Positions 1 to 10,265 are shown, numbered from the stretch's first letter. The stretch is DNA of 64,000 nucleotides from Lachnospirales bacterium (GCA_047973385.1 JBKEBX010000022.1:106692-170691); one strand, 5' to 3'. Numbers and translations: made by a program. Notes: a model not told the origin generated them from the sequence alone.

Positions 1-771
1 ATTTTCATCATCTATGCTTAAATTTTTAAGCCAATCTATACAAAATGTTTTCCAATAATCAAACCATTCCAAGTCTGTACCTGGTTTACAGAAAAATTCC
101 AATTCCATTTGTTCAAACTCACGTGTTCTAAAAACAAAGTTACCTGGTGTAATCTCGTTTCTAAAACTTTTACCAATTTGTCCAATACCAAAAGGCACTT
201 TCTTTCTTGAAGACCTTTGTACATTTGAAAAGTTTACAAAGATACCTTGTGCTGTTTCTGGACGTAAATAAACAACATTTTTGCTATCTTCTGTAACACC
301 TGCAAAAGTCTTAAACATAAGGTTAAATTGTCGTATATCTGTAAAGTTATGTTTTTTACAACTTGGACAATCTATATTATTATCGTCAATATAAGCTTTC
401 ATTTTTTCATTTGACCAACCATCAACAACTTCTTCACTGCCCCTAGCAGCCATAAAATCTTCAATTAACTTATCAGCTCTAAAGCGTTCTTTACATTCTT
501 TACAGTCCATAAGAGGATCTGCAAAACCTCCAACGTGGCCAGATGCAACCCAAACTCTAGGGTTCATAAGTATAGCACTATCTAAACCTACATTAAACTT
601 GTTTTCTTGTACAAACTTTTTCCACCAAGCTTTTTTAACATTATTTTTAAGTTCAACACCATATGGTCCATAATCCCACGAATTTGCAAGACCTCCATAT
701 ATTTCTGAACCTGAAAATATAAACCCTCTATTTTTACATAGAGCCACTACTTTTTCCATTGTTTTTTCCAT
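1..771 (-). CDS. glyQS: glycine--tRNA ligase (class II, alpha2 type), N-terminal part; the 3' end lies beyond the left edge
   Basis: Absent from the ORF track because it runs off the window. Reverse translation from ATG 771-769 gives [57 protein letters not shown]..., the conserved GlyQS N-terminus. RBS AAAGGAG lies upstream. Confidence 0.9.
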   Translation of the reverse strand, partial: MEKTMEKVVALCKNRGFIFSGSEIYGGLANSWDYGPYGVELKNNVKKAWWKKFVQENKFNVGLDSAILMNPRVWVASGHVGGFADPLMDCKECKERFRADKLIEDFMAARGSEEVVDGWSNEKMKAYIDDNNIDCPSCKKHNFTDIRQFNLMFKTFAGVTEDSKNVVYLRPETAQGIFVNFSNVQRSSRKKVPFGIGQIGKSFRNEITPGNFVFRTREFEQMELEFFCKPGTDLEWFDYWKTFCIDWLKNLSIDDEN

Positions 772-804
772 ACTTACACTCCTTTACATAAACTCAATAA
801 CTTT

Positions 805-833
805 ATTTTAATAAAAAAAACCAGTATTGTCAA
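805..833 (-). promoter_or_regulatory. putative sigma-A promoter of glyQS
   Basis: On the minus strand: TTGACA (833-828), 17-nt spacer, TAAAAT (810-805). It lies about 35 nt upstream of the start codon. Confidence 0.45.
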
Positions 834-930
834 GAAAACTACATATTTATTTAACTTTTAACTTTTTAATAAAAACTAAAAGATGAGCTGAGGAAGATTT
901 ATTTTAAAACTTCCCTATCTCACCTTTTTA

Positions 931-1896
931 TTAATCATATTTTTCAAAATATCCTTCTTTTATCATTTTCTTTGCTATTTTTAAAATTGGATCAATTACT
1001 TTTTTATGTTGTTTAGGATAAATTAAACCAAATGGCATACATAGACCTAAATCAAAAGGTATAGTTCTTGTCGGCTTATACACATTTTTAAGTACATCTA
1101 AAGTTAAAAGAACACTATCATTTAACTCACATTCCGTATAAACACTTAAATCATATTGTGGTATTTCAATAATTTTAATGTTCAATGAAGGTTCGCTTAA
1201 AATTCTATATATTTCATCTATTTCTTTTGAATATCCTCTTTGCAACATAGTTACAGTACTATTTTTAAGGTCTTGTATATCTATTTTATCAAGTTCATAT
1301 AGTTTATGACCCATTGGAACACTTATACAAAAATTCGACTTGAAAAGTTCTAAAAAATCACATCTTCCTTCAAAGATTTTAGTCATGTAAACACCTTCAT
1401 GCATATCATATAAAACTCCTAAGTTTTTAAGTGGTTCGTCTGCCACAAACTCATCTGGGTCTCTATGTACAACTGAATAATCAACTTTAATATTTTTAGT
1501 TAAAGCTCTATTCCATACGTCAAGTAAGTATGTAAAACTCGCAAAAAGAGAGATACCTACACGAACTGTGTTTTTATCATCAATTTTATTATATCTTTTA
1601 TTCTCAGTATTTTCTGTATTAGTTTTTACTCTTCTTGCATCATCATAAATTTCTTGACCTTGTCTTGTTAAACTCATACCACTAATTGTACGATTTATAA
1701 GGGGAAACCCATAATGATACTCAAGCATCAAAATTTGGTCTGTAACATCTGCTACCGTTGTATGTAGTTCAATAGCGGCAAGTAAAAAATTACCACACTC
1801 TGCTAAAACCATAAACGTTTCTAACTGTTTATTTTTCAATAAATTCACTCCTTGCATCAGTTCAAAGTTACTGTAAAAGAACCTGCTCTTAAGCAT
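931..1896 (-). CDS. LysR-family transcriptional regulator
   Basis: The N-terminal wHTH (KQLETFMVLAECGNFLLAAIELHTTVADVTDQILMLEYHYGFPLINRT) followed by a substrate-binding-like domain is typical of LysR regulators. The start is uncertain: ATG 1857, or TTG 1839 preceded by AAGGAG, are alternatives to 1896. Confidence 0.8.
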   Translation of the reverse strand: MLKSRFFYSNFELMQGVNLLKNKQLETFMVLAECGNFLLAAIELHTTVADVTDQILMLEYHYGFPLINRTISGMSLTRQGQEIYDDARRVKTNTENTENKRYNKIDDKNTVRVGISLFASFTYLLDVWNRALTKNIKVDYSVVHRDPDEFVADEPLKNLGVLYDMHEGVYMTKIFEGRCDFLELFKSNFCISVPMGHKLYELDKIDIQDLKNSTVTMLQRGYSKEIDEIYRILSEPSLNIKIIEIPQYDLSVYTECELNDSVLLTLDVLKNVYKPTRTIPFDLGLCMPFGLIYPKQHKKVIDPILKIAKKMIKEGYFEKYD

Positions 1897-1900
1897 AACT

Positions 1901-3019
1901 CTATTTTATATATATAGATACTAATTCTGATTTACTTCCAATTCTTATAGGTGGCATAGCACTACAAGTTCCAGAACATATAACTGAATACATATCTTTA
2001 ATTTTTTTTACACCTCTATAATGAGGAAAGAACCATTTAATTACAATATGTAATGGAAAAAACTGTCCTCCATGAGTATGCCCACTAAGAGTTAAATCTA
2101 CACCTGTTTCTGCTATTTCCAAAAGTTCCTTTGGCTGATGATCCAAAACTATATTTAGTTTATTCAAAGAAACTAATTCAGTCAACTCAAAAATACTTTT
2201 GCGTTCCGCCTTAAATCCAGCAGGTGTAACATCTAAACGCCCTATTAAATTAAAATCGTCAAACTCTATGTACTCATCACATAACAGTTTAATATTCGCT
2301 GACTCAAAAAAATTAACAATTTCTTCAAAATCTCGACCTGCATCATGATTTCCAAGACAAGCATATGTTCCATACTTACTTTTTAATCTATTAAGTATAT
2401 CGGCAATTTTTTCTATATTTGTAATGTCTTTAAGATTTTCTGTAAAAGTATCCCCTGTTATACATATAATATCAGGGTTTTTTTCATTAACTCGTCTAAC
2501 AATTTCATCAATCTTCTTGAAATTTGTAATGCTACCTATATGTAAATCACTTAGATGAACAATATGTAAATTATCTCTTAGTTTGTTAAATGTAATAGTA
2601 TAACTTTTATCATAAGTTATTTGTGCATTAATCGCTCCAAAAATAGTAATTGTTAAAGTTAAAAAATAAATCATAGCTGATACATACACATATACTTCAA
2701 CTTCCATTTTAAACATAAATACTAAAATAATTTTTAAAAACAAATCAAAAAAAGCTGCTATTGTAAAAGTAATTTGAAATGACATAACATATATACCAAT
2801 TGCATCAAACAATCTTTTAAACTTATATTGTGTCATTTTAGTGGATATTGGATAAAACAAATTTACAGTAATATATAAACTAATAAAAAAAACAAAAGCA
2901 ATATTACCACAAAAATAGACAATAGGTTGCCACATCATAAAGCTTGTGAAAAACAAGCTTATTATATAAAAAGGCAACGACTTAGTAAGTGGTATTACTT
3001 CCTTCTTAAGTATTGACAA
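1901..3019 (-). CDS. membrane-anchored metallophosphoesterase (YkuE/YaeI-like)
   Basis: Several N-terminal TM helices are followed by calcineurin-like motifs: LSDLHIG, GDTF, GNHD, GHTHGGQ. TTG start with RBS GGAGGG. Confidence 0.8.
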   Translation of the reverse strand: MSILKKEVIPLTKSLPFYIISLFFTSFMMWQPIVYFCGNIAFVFFISLYITVNLFYPISTKMTQYKFKRLFDAIGIYVMSFQITFTIAAFFDLFLKIILVFMFKMEVEVYVYVSAMIYFLTLTITIFGAINAQITYDKSYTITFNKLRDNLHIVHLSDLHIGSITNFKKIDEIVRRVNEKNPDIICITGDTFTENLKDITNIEKIADILNRLKSKYGTYACLGNHDAGRDFEEIVNFFESANIKLLCDEYIEFDDFNLIGRLDVTPAGFKAERKSIFELTELVSLNKLNIVLDHQPKELLEIAETGVDLTLSGHTHGGQFFPLHIVIKWFFPHYRGVKKIKDMYSVICSGTCSAMPPIRIGSKSELVSIYIK

Positions 3020-3132
3020 ATAATCCCTCCTAATGCATTGTTACTTCTTCTACAAATATACCACTAAACGCCTTAAAAGTCAATATAATCAATAGTTTTA
3101 GGGAAAATCAGTTTACCTGTCCGAAACGCCAT

Positions 3133-3161
3133 TTGACATAGTATAATAAATATTATAAAAT
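3133..3161 (+). promoter_or_regulatory. putative sigma-A promoter of crcB
   Basis: TTGACA (3133-3138), 17-nt spacer, TAAAAT (3156-3161). Confidence 0.4.
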
Positions 3162-3195
3162 GTAGCTAACATATCAATAAGAAAGGTTTACTACT

Positions 3196-3567
3196 ATGAG
3201 TATTAATTTTATTTTTGTAGCCTTAGGTGGTGGTATAGGAGCAATGCTTAGATACGCTATAAGTCTTATACCTTTTAGTACTAGCTTTCCCATTTTAACA
3301 CTAATAACTAACTTCCTTGGAGCTTTGATGATTGGTTTCATAGCACAACTGGCACAGGAAAAAAGTATCTCGGATAATATATTACTCTTTTTAAAAACAG
3401 GAGTGTGTGGAGGTTTTACAACTTTCTCCACTTTCTCTCTCGAATCCTATAGTTTGTTCAAAGATAATCAAACAATTCTAGGCATATTATATATTTTTTC
3501 CAGCTTTACAACGTGTATTTTAGGCGTCTTTATAGGTGCACACTGTGTAAAATTACTTTCTAGTTAA
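3196..3567 (+). CDS. crcB: fluoride ion channel CrcB/Fluc
   Basis: 123 aa with 4 TM helices and the signature GGGIGAMLRY ... GVCGGFTTFSTFSLE. Confidence 0.9.
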   Translation: MSINFIFVALGGGIGAMLRYAISLIPFSTSFPILTLITNFLGALMIGFIAQLAQEKSISDNILLFLKTGVCGGFTTFSTFSLESYSLFKDNQTILGILYIFSSFTTCILGVFIGAHCVKLLSS

Positions 3568-3654
3568 TATATTACCCTTTTTTATATATAAAAAGTATAT
3601 TCTCATAATTAATAGTGCTTATATTTGCAAATAAATAAATTATTTTAAAAAGTA

Positions 3655-3683
3655 TTGACATATATTTAACCATGATAGATAAT
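3655..3683 (+). promoter_or_regulatory. putative sigma-A promoter of the adh/AKR pair
   Basis: TTGACA (3655-3660), 17-nt spacer, GATAAT (3678-3683). Confidence 0.4.
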
Positions 3684-3734
3684 ATATATAGAGAGATATA
3701 GTTATATTTATTATTTTAAAATTGGAGGAAAAAC

Positions 3735-4904
3735 ATGTATAATTTTACTTTTCAAAACACAACAAAAATTTATTTCGGTGAAAATCAACTTGAAAATCTT
3801 GGCAAAGAACTTAAACAATTCGGTGACAAAGTTCTTTTAACTTATGGTGGTGGCTCTATTAAAAAAATAGGTCTGTATGACAAAGTTATTGCTGAACTCG
3901 AAAAATCAGGACTTAAAGTTTTTGAGTTATCCGGAATCGAACCAAACCCACGACATACAACTGTTAACAAAGGTGCTGATATTTGTAAAAAAGAAAACAT
4001 TGATGTTATTTTAGCCGTTGGTGGTGGTTCAACTATCGATTGTTCTAAAGTTATAGCTGCAACTACTTATTATGATGGCGATGGTTGGGATTTAGTAACA
4101 CAAAAAGCTAAAGTTACAAATTCATTACCTATCGTTTCTATTCTTACACTAGCTGCAACAGGTTCGGAAATGGACGATGCAGCAGTTATAAGTAATATTG
4201 AAACAAACGAAAAATACGGTTTGTTACACCCTACAATGCTACCAAAGGTATCTTTCCTTGATCCAACAAACACATATACAGTTAACGCATATCAGACAGC
4301 TTGTGGTTCTGTTGATATTATGTCACATATTTTTGATATGGGATATTTCAAACAAACTGATAAAATGTTTATGTTAGATAGCGTAATGGAATCTATGCTT
4401 AAGACTGTTGTTAAGTATGCACCTATTGCTATCAAAGAACCAGAAAACTATGAAGCTCGTGCTAACTTAATGTGGGCATCTTCATGGGCATTAAACAACT
4501 TCTTACAAACTGGTGGTGGACATATGCCAAGTTGTCACGCTATGGAACATGAGTTATCAGCGTATTATGATATAACTCATGGACTCGGACTTGCTATACT
4601 TACACCACGTTGGATGGAATACGTTCTTGACGAAACATCAGCACCAATTATGAAGTCTATCGGCGTTAACGTTTTTGATGTAGATAGCAACTTATCTGAT
4701 CTAGATGCTGCAAAAGAAATGATTAAAAGATTAAGCGATTTCTTCTTTAACACTTTAGGATTAGATAGCACTTTAACAGCAATTAACATTGATGAAACTC
4801 ATTTTGACATAATGTCTGCTAAATCTTGTTTCGGCGACAAACTTTATGGTTATAAAGCTTTAGAACCAGAAGACGTTAAAAATATATTCAAAATGTGTCT
4901 ATAA
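3735..4904 (+). CDS. iron-containing (group III) alcohol dehydrogenase, butanol dehydrogenase/YqhD-like
   Basis: 389 aa. Matching segments: GGGSIKK, AVGGGSTIDCSK, SHIFD, and HAMEHELSAYYDITHGLGLA (metal-binding histidines). Confidence 0.85.
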   Translation: MYNFTFQNTTKIYFGENQLENLGKELKQFGDKVLLTYGGGSIKKIGLYDKVIAELEKSGLKVFELSGIEPNPRHTTVNKGADICKKENIDVILAVGGGSTIDCSKVIAATTYYDGDGWDLVTQKAKVTNSLPIVSILTLAATGSEMDDAAVISNIETNEKYGLLHPTMLPKVSFLDPTNTYTVNAYQTACGSVDIMSHIFDMGYFKQTDKMFMLDSVMESMLKTVVKYAPIAIKEPENYEARANLMWASSWALNNFLQTGGGHMPSCHAMEHELSAYYDITHGLGLAILTPRWMEYVLDETSAPIMKSIGVNVFDVDSNLSDLDAAKEMIKRLSDFFFNTLGLDSTLTAINIDETHFDIMSAKSCFGDKLYGYKALEPEDVKNIFKMCL

Positions 4905-4919
4905 AAGGAGATTTGTATA

Positions 4920-5882
4920 ATGGAATATATAAAGCTTGGTAAATCAGATTTATCTGTTTCAAAAATTTGTTTAGGTTGTATGAGTTTTGGTGACCCAAAT
5001 ACTAACTTTCTTGATTGGACACTTAACCCTGAACAAAGTGAGGAAATTATTAAACATTCCCTTGACCTTGGTATCAACTTTTTTGATACGGCAAATACTT
5101 ATTCAAAGGGTACAAGCGAAGAATACTTGGGACGTGCAATAAAAAACAATGTGCAACGTGATAAGGTCATTCTTGCTTCTAAAGTGTATTTTAATGAGGG
5201 CGGTTTATCTAAAGATGCAATACTTCGTGAAATCGAAGGCTCTCTTAAAAATCTAGGTACTGATTATTTGGATTTATATATTATCCATAGATTTGACTAC
5301 GATACTCCAATGGAAGAATATATGGAAACACTTCATAACCTTGTTAAAAGTGGTAAAGTTCGTGCTTTAGGTGCTTCTGCAATGTATGGATACCAATTCC
5401 AAAACCTTCAAAACATCGCTAAAGATAACGGTTTAACTCAGTTCGTTTCTATGCAAAACCATTACAATACTCTATACAGAGAGGACGAAAGAGAACTTAT
5501 ACCTGTTTGTAAGCAATATGATGTGTCTTTAACACCATATAGCCCTCTTGCAGCTGGTAGACTTTCAAGAACCCAGTGGAAAACTGATACACTTCGTAGC
5601 CAAACAGATACAATGGCTATTCGAAAGTATGACAGTACCCAAGAAGCTGATTATCAAATTGTTCTGCGTGTTGATGAACTAGCAAAAAAATATAATGTTA
5701 GCATGACGCAAATCGCTCTCGCTTGGCAATTTGCTAAAGGTGTTGCATCACCCGTTATCGGTGCAACTAAACTTAAATACATTGATGATGCTGTTGGCTC
5801 TATAAATGTAAAACTTACTGATGAAGATATATTATACTTAGACGAGCTATATGTTCCACATAAAATTTCTGGAGCTAGATAG
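4920..5882 (+). CDS. aldo/keto reductase
   Basis: 320 aa. Matching segments: GCMSFG, INFFDTANTYSKGTSEEYLGRA, DYLDLYIIHRFD, GASAMYGYQF. RBS AAAGGAG. Confidence 0.85.
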   Translation: MEYIKLGKSDLSVSKICLGCMSFGDPNTNFLDWTLNPEQSEEIIKHSLDLGINFFDTANTYSKGTSEEYLGRAIKNNVQRDKVILASKVYFNEGGLSKDAILREIEGSLKNLGTDYLDLYIIHRFDYDTPMEEYMETLHNLVKSGKVRALGASAMYGYQFQNLQNIAKDNGLTQFVSMQNHYNTLYREDERELIPVCKQYDVSLTPYSPLAAGRLSRTQWKTDTLRSQTDTMAIRKYDSTQEADYQIVLRVDELAKKYNVSMTQIALAWQFAKGVASPVIGATKLKYIDDAVGSINVKLTDEDILYLDELYVPHKISGAR

Positions 5883-5892
5883 AGATTTTAAC

Positions 5893-5926
5893 ATCATTGC
5901 AAAAACATATGGCGATCTTGTAAAAT
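5893..5926 (+). repeat. two short units of the dispersed CATTGCAAAA / GGCGACCTTGCAAAAT repeat family
   Basis: catcattgcaaaaa (5893-5906) and tggcgatcttgtaaaat (5910-5926). Compare tggcgaccttgcaaaat at 49979 and 58095. Confidence 0.4.
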
Positions 5927-5932
5927 ACAAAA

Positions 5933-5988
5933 GGGGATGCATGGAAATTCGCTACATAATGCGAGAATTTTTGCATCCCTTTTTTTTG
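5933..5988. terminator. bidirectional Rho-independent terminator between the convergent AKR and polyprenyl synthase genes; member of a conserved hairpin family
   Basis: GGGGATGCATGGAAATTCGC-TACATAAT-GCGAGAATTTTTGCATCCC followed by TTTTTTTT. A-rich on the 5' side. Confidence 0.7.
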
Positions 5989-6005
5989 GGCAATGACATT
6001 GCCTT

Positions 6006-6977
6006 TTAACTATTTCTATAATACACCTTATTAAGTATATATATAAGATTACTTGAATTTTCTTCGCCAACAGAATTTATTATTTTATTTTTGGAAATAT
6101 CATAATACTTCTCAGCAAGTTTTTTTGTCGCTTCAACGCCTTTAGCTTTTTTAACTTCTTCAATAACTTTAATTATGTTATCATCAGAAAAGTCATCTTT
6201 TAGAATTTTCTTAAGTTTCGGCTTTTTATCAAATGTATGTATAAGAGGATAGGTTATAACTCCCTCTTTTAAATCCTTTGCAACTTCTTTTTTAACTACA
6301 TCAATATCACCATCATAGTCTAAACAATCATCTATCATTTGAAAAACCATACCTAGATAATAACCTGCACGACCTAATCTTTCTGATATTTCATCAGCAC
6401 AATCAAGCTCAACTCCTACACAGTACATGGAAAGGGCAAAAAGACCTGCTGTTTTACCTGCTATAATAGCTTTATATTCTTTAAACTTAATATCAAAATC
6501 CATATTATGCTCAAGTTGATAGGCTTCACCTACACATATTACACCAACTGCTTTTGAAAAATTCTCCATATTCTCAAGTTTATTGTTAGATATTAGAGTA
6601 AAACACTTTGTAAACAAATAATCTCCTGCAATAACTGCAAGTTTTTTTCCATATTTACTTTGTGTACTTTCATAGCCACGACGTATAGGTGCATCGTCTA
6701 TTACATCATCATGAATTAAGGTTGCAAGATGTAAAAGCTCAACAGCCGTTGCAATGTTTACAATCTTACCAAATCTTTCATCATCACTAGCTATTTTAGG
6801 CTCTAATGCAATTGCAGTTTCAATTATAAGTGTAGCTCTCATAAATTTACCTGTAGCTTTATTTAAATCAATCATTAAGCTTCTTAAAACTTTCGGAGAA
6901 CCCTCTAATATTTCTTTTAAACTATCTTTTACTTTTTTTAACTGAACATCATTTAAATTATTATTCATAATCACCAT
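6006..6977 (-). CDS. polyprenyl diphosphate synthase (hepta/octaprenyl type; HepT/IspB/DmkB-like)
   Basis: 323 aa. First aspartate-rich motif LIHDDVIDD and second MIDDCLDYDGD. Confidence 0.85.
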   Translation of the reverse strand: MVIMNNNLNDVQLKKVKDSLKEILEGSPKVLRSLMIDLNKATGKFMRATLIIETAIALEPKIASDDERFGKIVNIATAVELLHLATLIHDDVIDDAPIRRGYESTQSKYGKKLAVIAGDYLFTKCFTLISNNKLENMENFSKAVGVICVGEAYQLEHNMDFDIKFKEYKAIIAGKTAGLFALSMYCVGVELDCADEISERLGRAGYYLGMVFQMIDDCLDYDGDIDVVKKEVAKDLKEGVITYPLIHTFDKKPKLKKILKDDFSDDNIIKVIEEVKKAKGVEATKKLAEKYYDISKNKIINSVGEENSSNLIYILNKVYYRNS

Positions 6978-7051
6978 TTTACTATTAATTTAATATACAT
7001 AAAAAATCACCAAGCACTTTTATATTACTTGTACCTGGTGAATTTAAGTTG

Positions 7052-7079
7052 TGGCATCATTGCAAAATGAAATGTTGCC
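7052..7079 (+). repeat. solo unit of the CATTGCAAAA repeat family, forming a hairpin
   Basis: tggcatcattgcaaaatgaaatgttgcc. GGCA.CATT pairs with AATG.TGCC and is followed by a T-rich tract. It lies in the ndh / polyprenyl synthase intergenic region. Confidence 0.4.
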
Positions 7080-7085
7080 TTTTAT

Positions 7086-8972
7086 TTATTCATTGTAAAT
7101 ATACCATTTTCTCACAAAAGGTATCTTCTTCCAAATCTTTTTAGCCCATGGTAAAACATAGTAATCAAAAGAGAATGAATGACCCGTACCACCTATTGAA
7201 ATAAGTGCAATAGAGCCTGTAAAATACCAAATAATTTCTTTACTTGCCATTCCTGACATATAAATCATTATACACATCACTGCTGCAACCATAGCCGCAA
7301 TTGATGTAAACAAACCTGCGATTAATAATAATCCAACTATAACTTCGGCAACAATCATACAACCTTGGAAAAGTGGTGCAATTGGAATGATAAAAGTATT
7401 CATAGACCAATCAACAAAAGGTTGCATAAATTCTGGTATAGGAAGTCCTGCACCTGTTAAAGCAAAACCTTCTATTGTATGGAAAATCTCAGGCAATACA
7501 CTTTCGGCAACCCATGGTGATGCTGATGTAACTCCATCTGGAAGTTGCTCTGCTGGTATTGTAAAAATAAAAACATTTTTAGGATCAGATATCATTTTTT
7601 CAAGTTTAACTATACCTTCTGAAAACCACATTAAACCTAAGAATAATCTTAATGGCACAGACCAAAATGTAGGTTGATAGTTAGCAAAATGACCACCTAC
7701 AAAAGAACGGTTATGTCCAATTCTAAATACTTCATGTTGCAAATAGTTCCAAACTTTTGTCCAACCCATAACTTGTAAAAAGTACACTATATTTATGAAA
7801 TGTTTTGAGAACATTGCAAGGAAACTCGGCATAGAAAATTTCTTATTATGTGTACCTACATAACATACACCATATCTACCACCTATACAAACCATCATAC
7901 CGTGGAAAGCTGGTTTATATGCATGTTTTTCTCCACTACCTGTTATGTCAACGACTATGTTTTTAGCTGCTGTACTAGATGAATGTTCGGCATTTTCAAC
8001 CATTTGTGGCACTGGGTGTTCTTCGCCCTCAGGAGTAAAAAACAAGTTATCTCCTACAACATATACGTTTTCACGTCCTACATATTGTAAGTATTCATTT
8101 GTTTCAATTCTATTTCCACGAGAAGCTTCAGAAGCTTTTCCACTTTCTTTCACGATGTCAGAACCTTCAACACCTGCTGCCCATATAATCGTGTTTGATG
8201 AAATTTTACTTTCCACATCGTCTTTAGATGTAATGATAAAGTCCTCACCAACTTCAATAACCTTTGAGTTATATGCAAAGTTAATACCCATTTTAAGCAT
8301 ACGCTTTTCAGCTTTAGCTGCAACCTTTTCTGGTAAGGTCATACAAATTCTTGGCATCATATCAACAACAGTCATTGTAACTTCTTCTTTATCTATATGA
8401 TACTGACGGCAAAGTTCAGGTAGCCACTCAGCAAGTTCACCTATCATTTCAACACCTGTAAAACCACCACCTACAACTACAAAAGTAAGCAATTTTTTAC
8501 GTTCATCAGCGTTTACAGTAGCTTCTGCTTTTCTAAATGTAGCAAGAAAATGCTCTTTTAACTTAACAGCATCATCAAATGACCACAAAGAAAAAGAATT
8601 TTCCTTTGCTCCCTTTGTTCCAAAGTAAGTCGGTTTTGAACCAGAACCTACTACTAAATAGTCATACTCATATGAGCTATTTTCTCCTACCAGTTTATTT
8701 GCATCAAAATCCATATTTTTGATGTCATCTAAAACAACATTGACATTTCTTCCCTCAAAGATTTGTTTTAGATTCATTTTGATAGATTCTTCCTCAACAC
8801 GACAACAAGCTACTTCATGTAACTCTGTAAGCATCGTGTTATAAGGGTTTTTGTCTATAAGTGAAATTTCAACTTCATTAGCTTTAACTTGTTTTTTAAG
8901 TTTTTTAGCCAAATGTTTAGCGGTTAAAACACCTGCGTATCCACCACCTAAGACCACAATTTTTTTAGACAT
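7086..8972 (-). CDS. ndh: type II NADH dehydrogenase (NDH-2) fused to a C-terminal polytopic membrane domain of about 200 aa
   Basis: 628 aa. N-terminus KIVVLGGGYAGV and second Rossmann motif VVVGGGFTGVE. After about residue 420 come several TM helices (…LFLGLMWFSEGIVKL…, …VAEVIVGLLLIAGLFTSIAAMVAAVMCIMIY…, …GSIALISIGGTGHSFSFDYYVLPW). Confidence 0.8.
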   Translation of the reverse strand: MSKKIVVLGGGYAGVLTAKHLAKKLKKQVKANEVEISLIDKNPYNTMLTELHEVACCRVEEESIKMNLKQIFEGRNVNVVLDDIKNMDFDANKLVGENSSYEYDYLVVGSGSKPTYFGTKGAKENSFSLWSFDDAVKLKEHFLATFRKAEATVNADERKKLLTFVVVGGGFTGVEMIGELAEWLPELCRQYHIDKEEVTMTVVDMMPRICMTLPEKVAAKAEKRMLKMGINFAYNSKVIEVGEDFIITSKDDVESKISSNTIIWAAGVEGSDIVKESGKASEASRGNRIETNEYLQYVGRENVYVVGDNLFFTPEGEEHPVPQMVENAEHSSSTAAKNIVVDITGSGEKHAYKPAFHGMMVCIGGRYGVCYVGTHNKKFSMPSFLAMFSKHFINIVYFLQVMGWTKVWNYLQHEVFRIGHNRSFVGGHFANYQPTFWSVPLRLFLGLMWFSEGIVKLEKMISDPKNVFIFTIPAEQLPDGVTSASPWVAESVLPEIFHTIEGFALTGAGLPIPEFMQPFVDWSMNTFIIPIAPLFQGCMIVAEVIVGLLLIAGLFTSIAAMVAAVMCIMIYMSGMASKEIIWYFTGSIALISIGGTGHSFSFDYYVLPWAKKIWKKIPFVRKWYIYNE

Positions 8973-9121
8973 AATATACTCCTTCGTTAATTTTATATCT
9001 TACACTTAAATTATTATACACCTTTGTATTTTCTTTATCAATAGTATAAAACAACAAAATTAAACCTGTGTAATCATACATATTTTAAATATATGCTAAT
9101 CTAAAAATTAACATACATCCC

Positions 9122-10237
9122 TTAACTATTTCTTTGTATATTATTAACAAGTTTTTCTAAGAATATATCTGTTTCTTTAGCTTTTTCTTTTAAAATGCTT
9201 GTGGACTTATTTAGTCGGTTTTTATAATCTGAAATATTATCTAAAACTTTATTTGTTACATCTATCATGTTTTGTTCATCTAAACCTTTAACATCTCCTA
9301 AAGATTCCATATCTAAGAGTTCAAGATAAGTTCTAACTTTTGGATCATAAACAAGCCCAACAAGAGGCACATCTAAAACTCCTGCAAAAATAAGCGAATG
9401 TAATCTCATACTTATCATCATATGCGTTTTGCTTATAATTGCTAAAATTTCTTCAGCTAAATATGGCTTTTCGAGTAAAAAAGTTCTTTCACTATCCAGT
9501 TTATTATATAATTCTCTACTAATATTCATGTCAAAAGAATATTGCATAGGTATTATTAAAATATTCACATCTCTATTTTCTAAAATATGATTACAAAGTT
9601 TTGCAACTTTATCTAAAATTTCTTTGTCATTATCCCATTTTCTTAAAGATACGGCTATAATAGGCTTATCTTGGGCAATTTTTTCTTTTTCAAAAATACT
9701 TTCTGCAATTTCTTTGTTTGCCGTTAGAGAAAAGGCAGGGTCAGCAGTAACATTAAGTTTACTTTCTTTTATGCCAAGTGCAACAAGTTCTGCTTTAGAA
9801 TACTCATCCCTTAAAGTCACTACATCTACTTTATTTACAACAAATCGTATATATTTTTTGTTTTTTTCTATATTTATTGGACCTACACCATTACTATATA
9901 ACATTACTTTTTTGCCAAAGATTTTAGCTATATAAATAACACTTAAGTAATAAAACAAACTTCTTGTTGATGTTTCATCTTGTATAAGAGTGCCTCCACC
10001 TGCGACTAAAATATCCGTTTTCATAAGTTCTTTTGCAACACTTAACATATTAAATCTCGGTACAGCATTCACATTATACAACTTTTTTGTATTTTCAGGA
10101 TCAAAGGACAAAACAGTTATTTTAGCTTCACTATTTATTTTTTCTATATTATTTCTAAGTGCTAGTAAAATAGCTTCATCTCCACCGTTACCATAACCAT
10201 GATAACCTAAAATCGTTACTTTTAGCTGTTTAGACAT
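9122..10237 (-). CDS. csaB: polysaccharide pyruvyl transferase CsaB
   Basis: N-terminus LKVTILGYHGYGNGGDEAILLAL, typical of CsaB. ATG 10237 is preferred over the GTG at 10243, which is part of the RBS AAAGGAGGGTG. Confidence 0.8.
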   Translation of the reverse strand: MSKQLKVTILGYHGYGNGGDEAILLALRNNIEKINSEAKITVLSFDPENTKKLYNVNAVPRFNMLSVAKELMKTDILVAGGGTLIQDETSTRSLFYYLSVIYIAKIFGKKVMLYSNGVGPINIEKNKKYIRFVVNKVDVVTLRDEYSKAELVALGIKESKLNVTADPAFSLTANKEIAESIFEKEKIAQDKPIIAVSLRKWDNDKEILDKVAKLCNHILENRDVNILIIPMQYSFDMNISRELYNKLDSERTFLLEKPYLAEEILAIISKTHMMISMRLHSLIFAGVLDVPLVGLVYDPKVRTYLELLDMESLGDVKGLDEQNMIDVTNKVLDNISDYKNRLNKSTSILKEKAKETDIFLEKLVNNIQRNS

Positions 10238-10265
10238 TTTCACCCTCCTTTACATTTTTTTATAA

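Noticed and set aside
772-930. T-box leader upstream of glyQS (the classic glycine T-box context)
   Set aside because: Only about 160 nt separate glyQS from the LysR gene. That space is occupied by the LysR terminator and a TTGACA-17-TAAAAT promoter, leaving a ~35-nt leader. I saw no T-box sequence (AGGGTGGNACCGCG-like) or specifier/antiterminator structure.
3020-3195. Fluoride (crcB-motif) riboswitch, which is expected upstream of crcB in many Firmicutes
   Set aside because: The spacer contains a GAAACGCC segment reminiscent of the conserved AAACGC core. I could not build the P1 helix/pseudoknot or find the conserved GGCGAUG and CUAAUGA..CCUAC parts. A consensus-like promoter (TTGACA-17-TAAAAT, 3133-3161) leaves only about 30 nt of leader. 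A cmsearch with the Rfam fluoride model would settle it.
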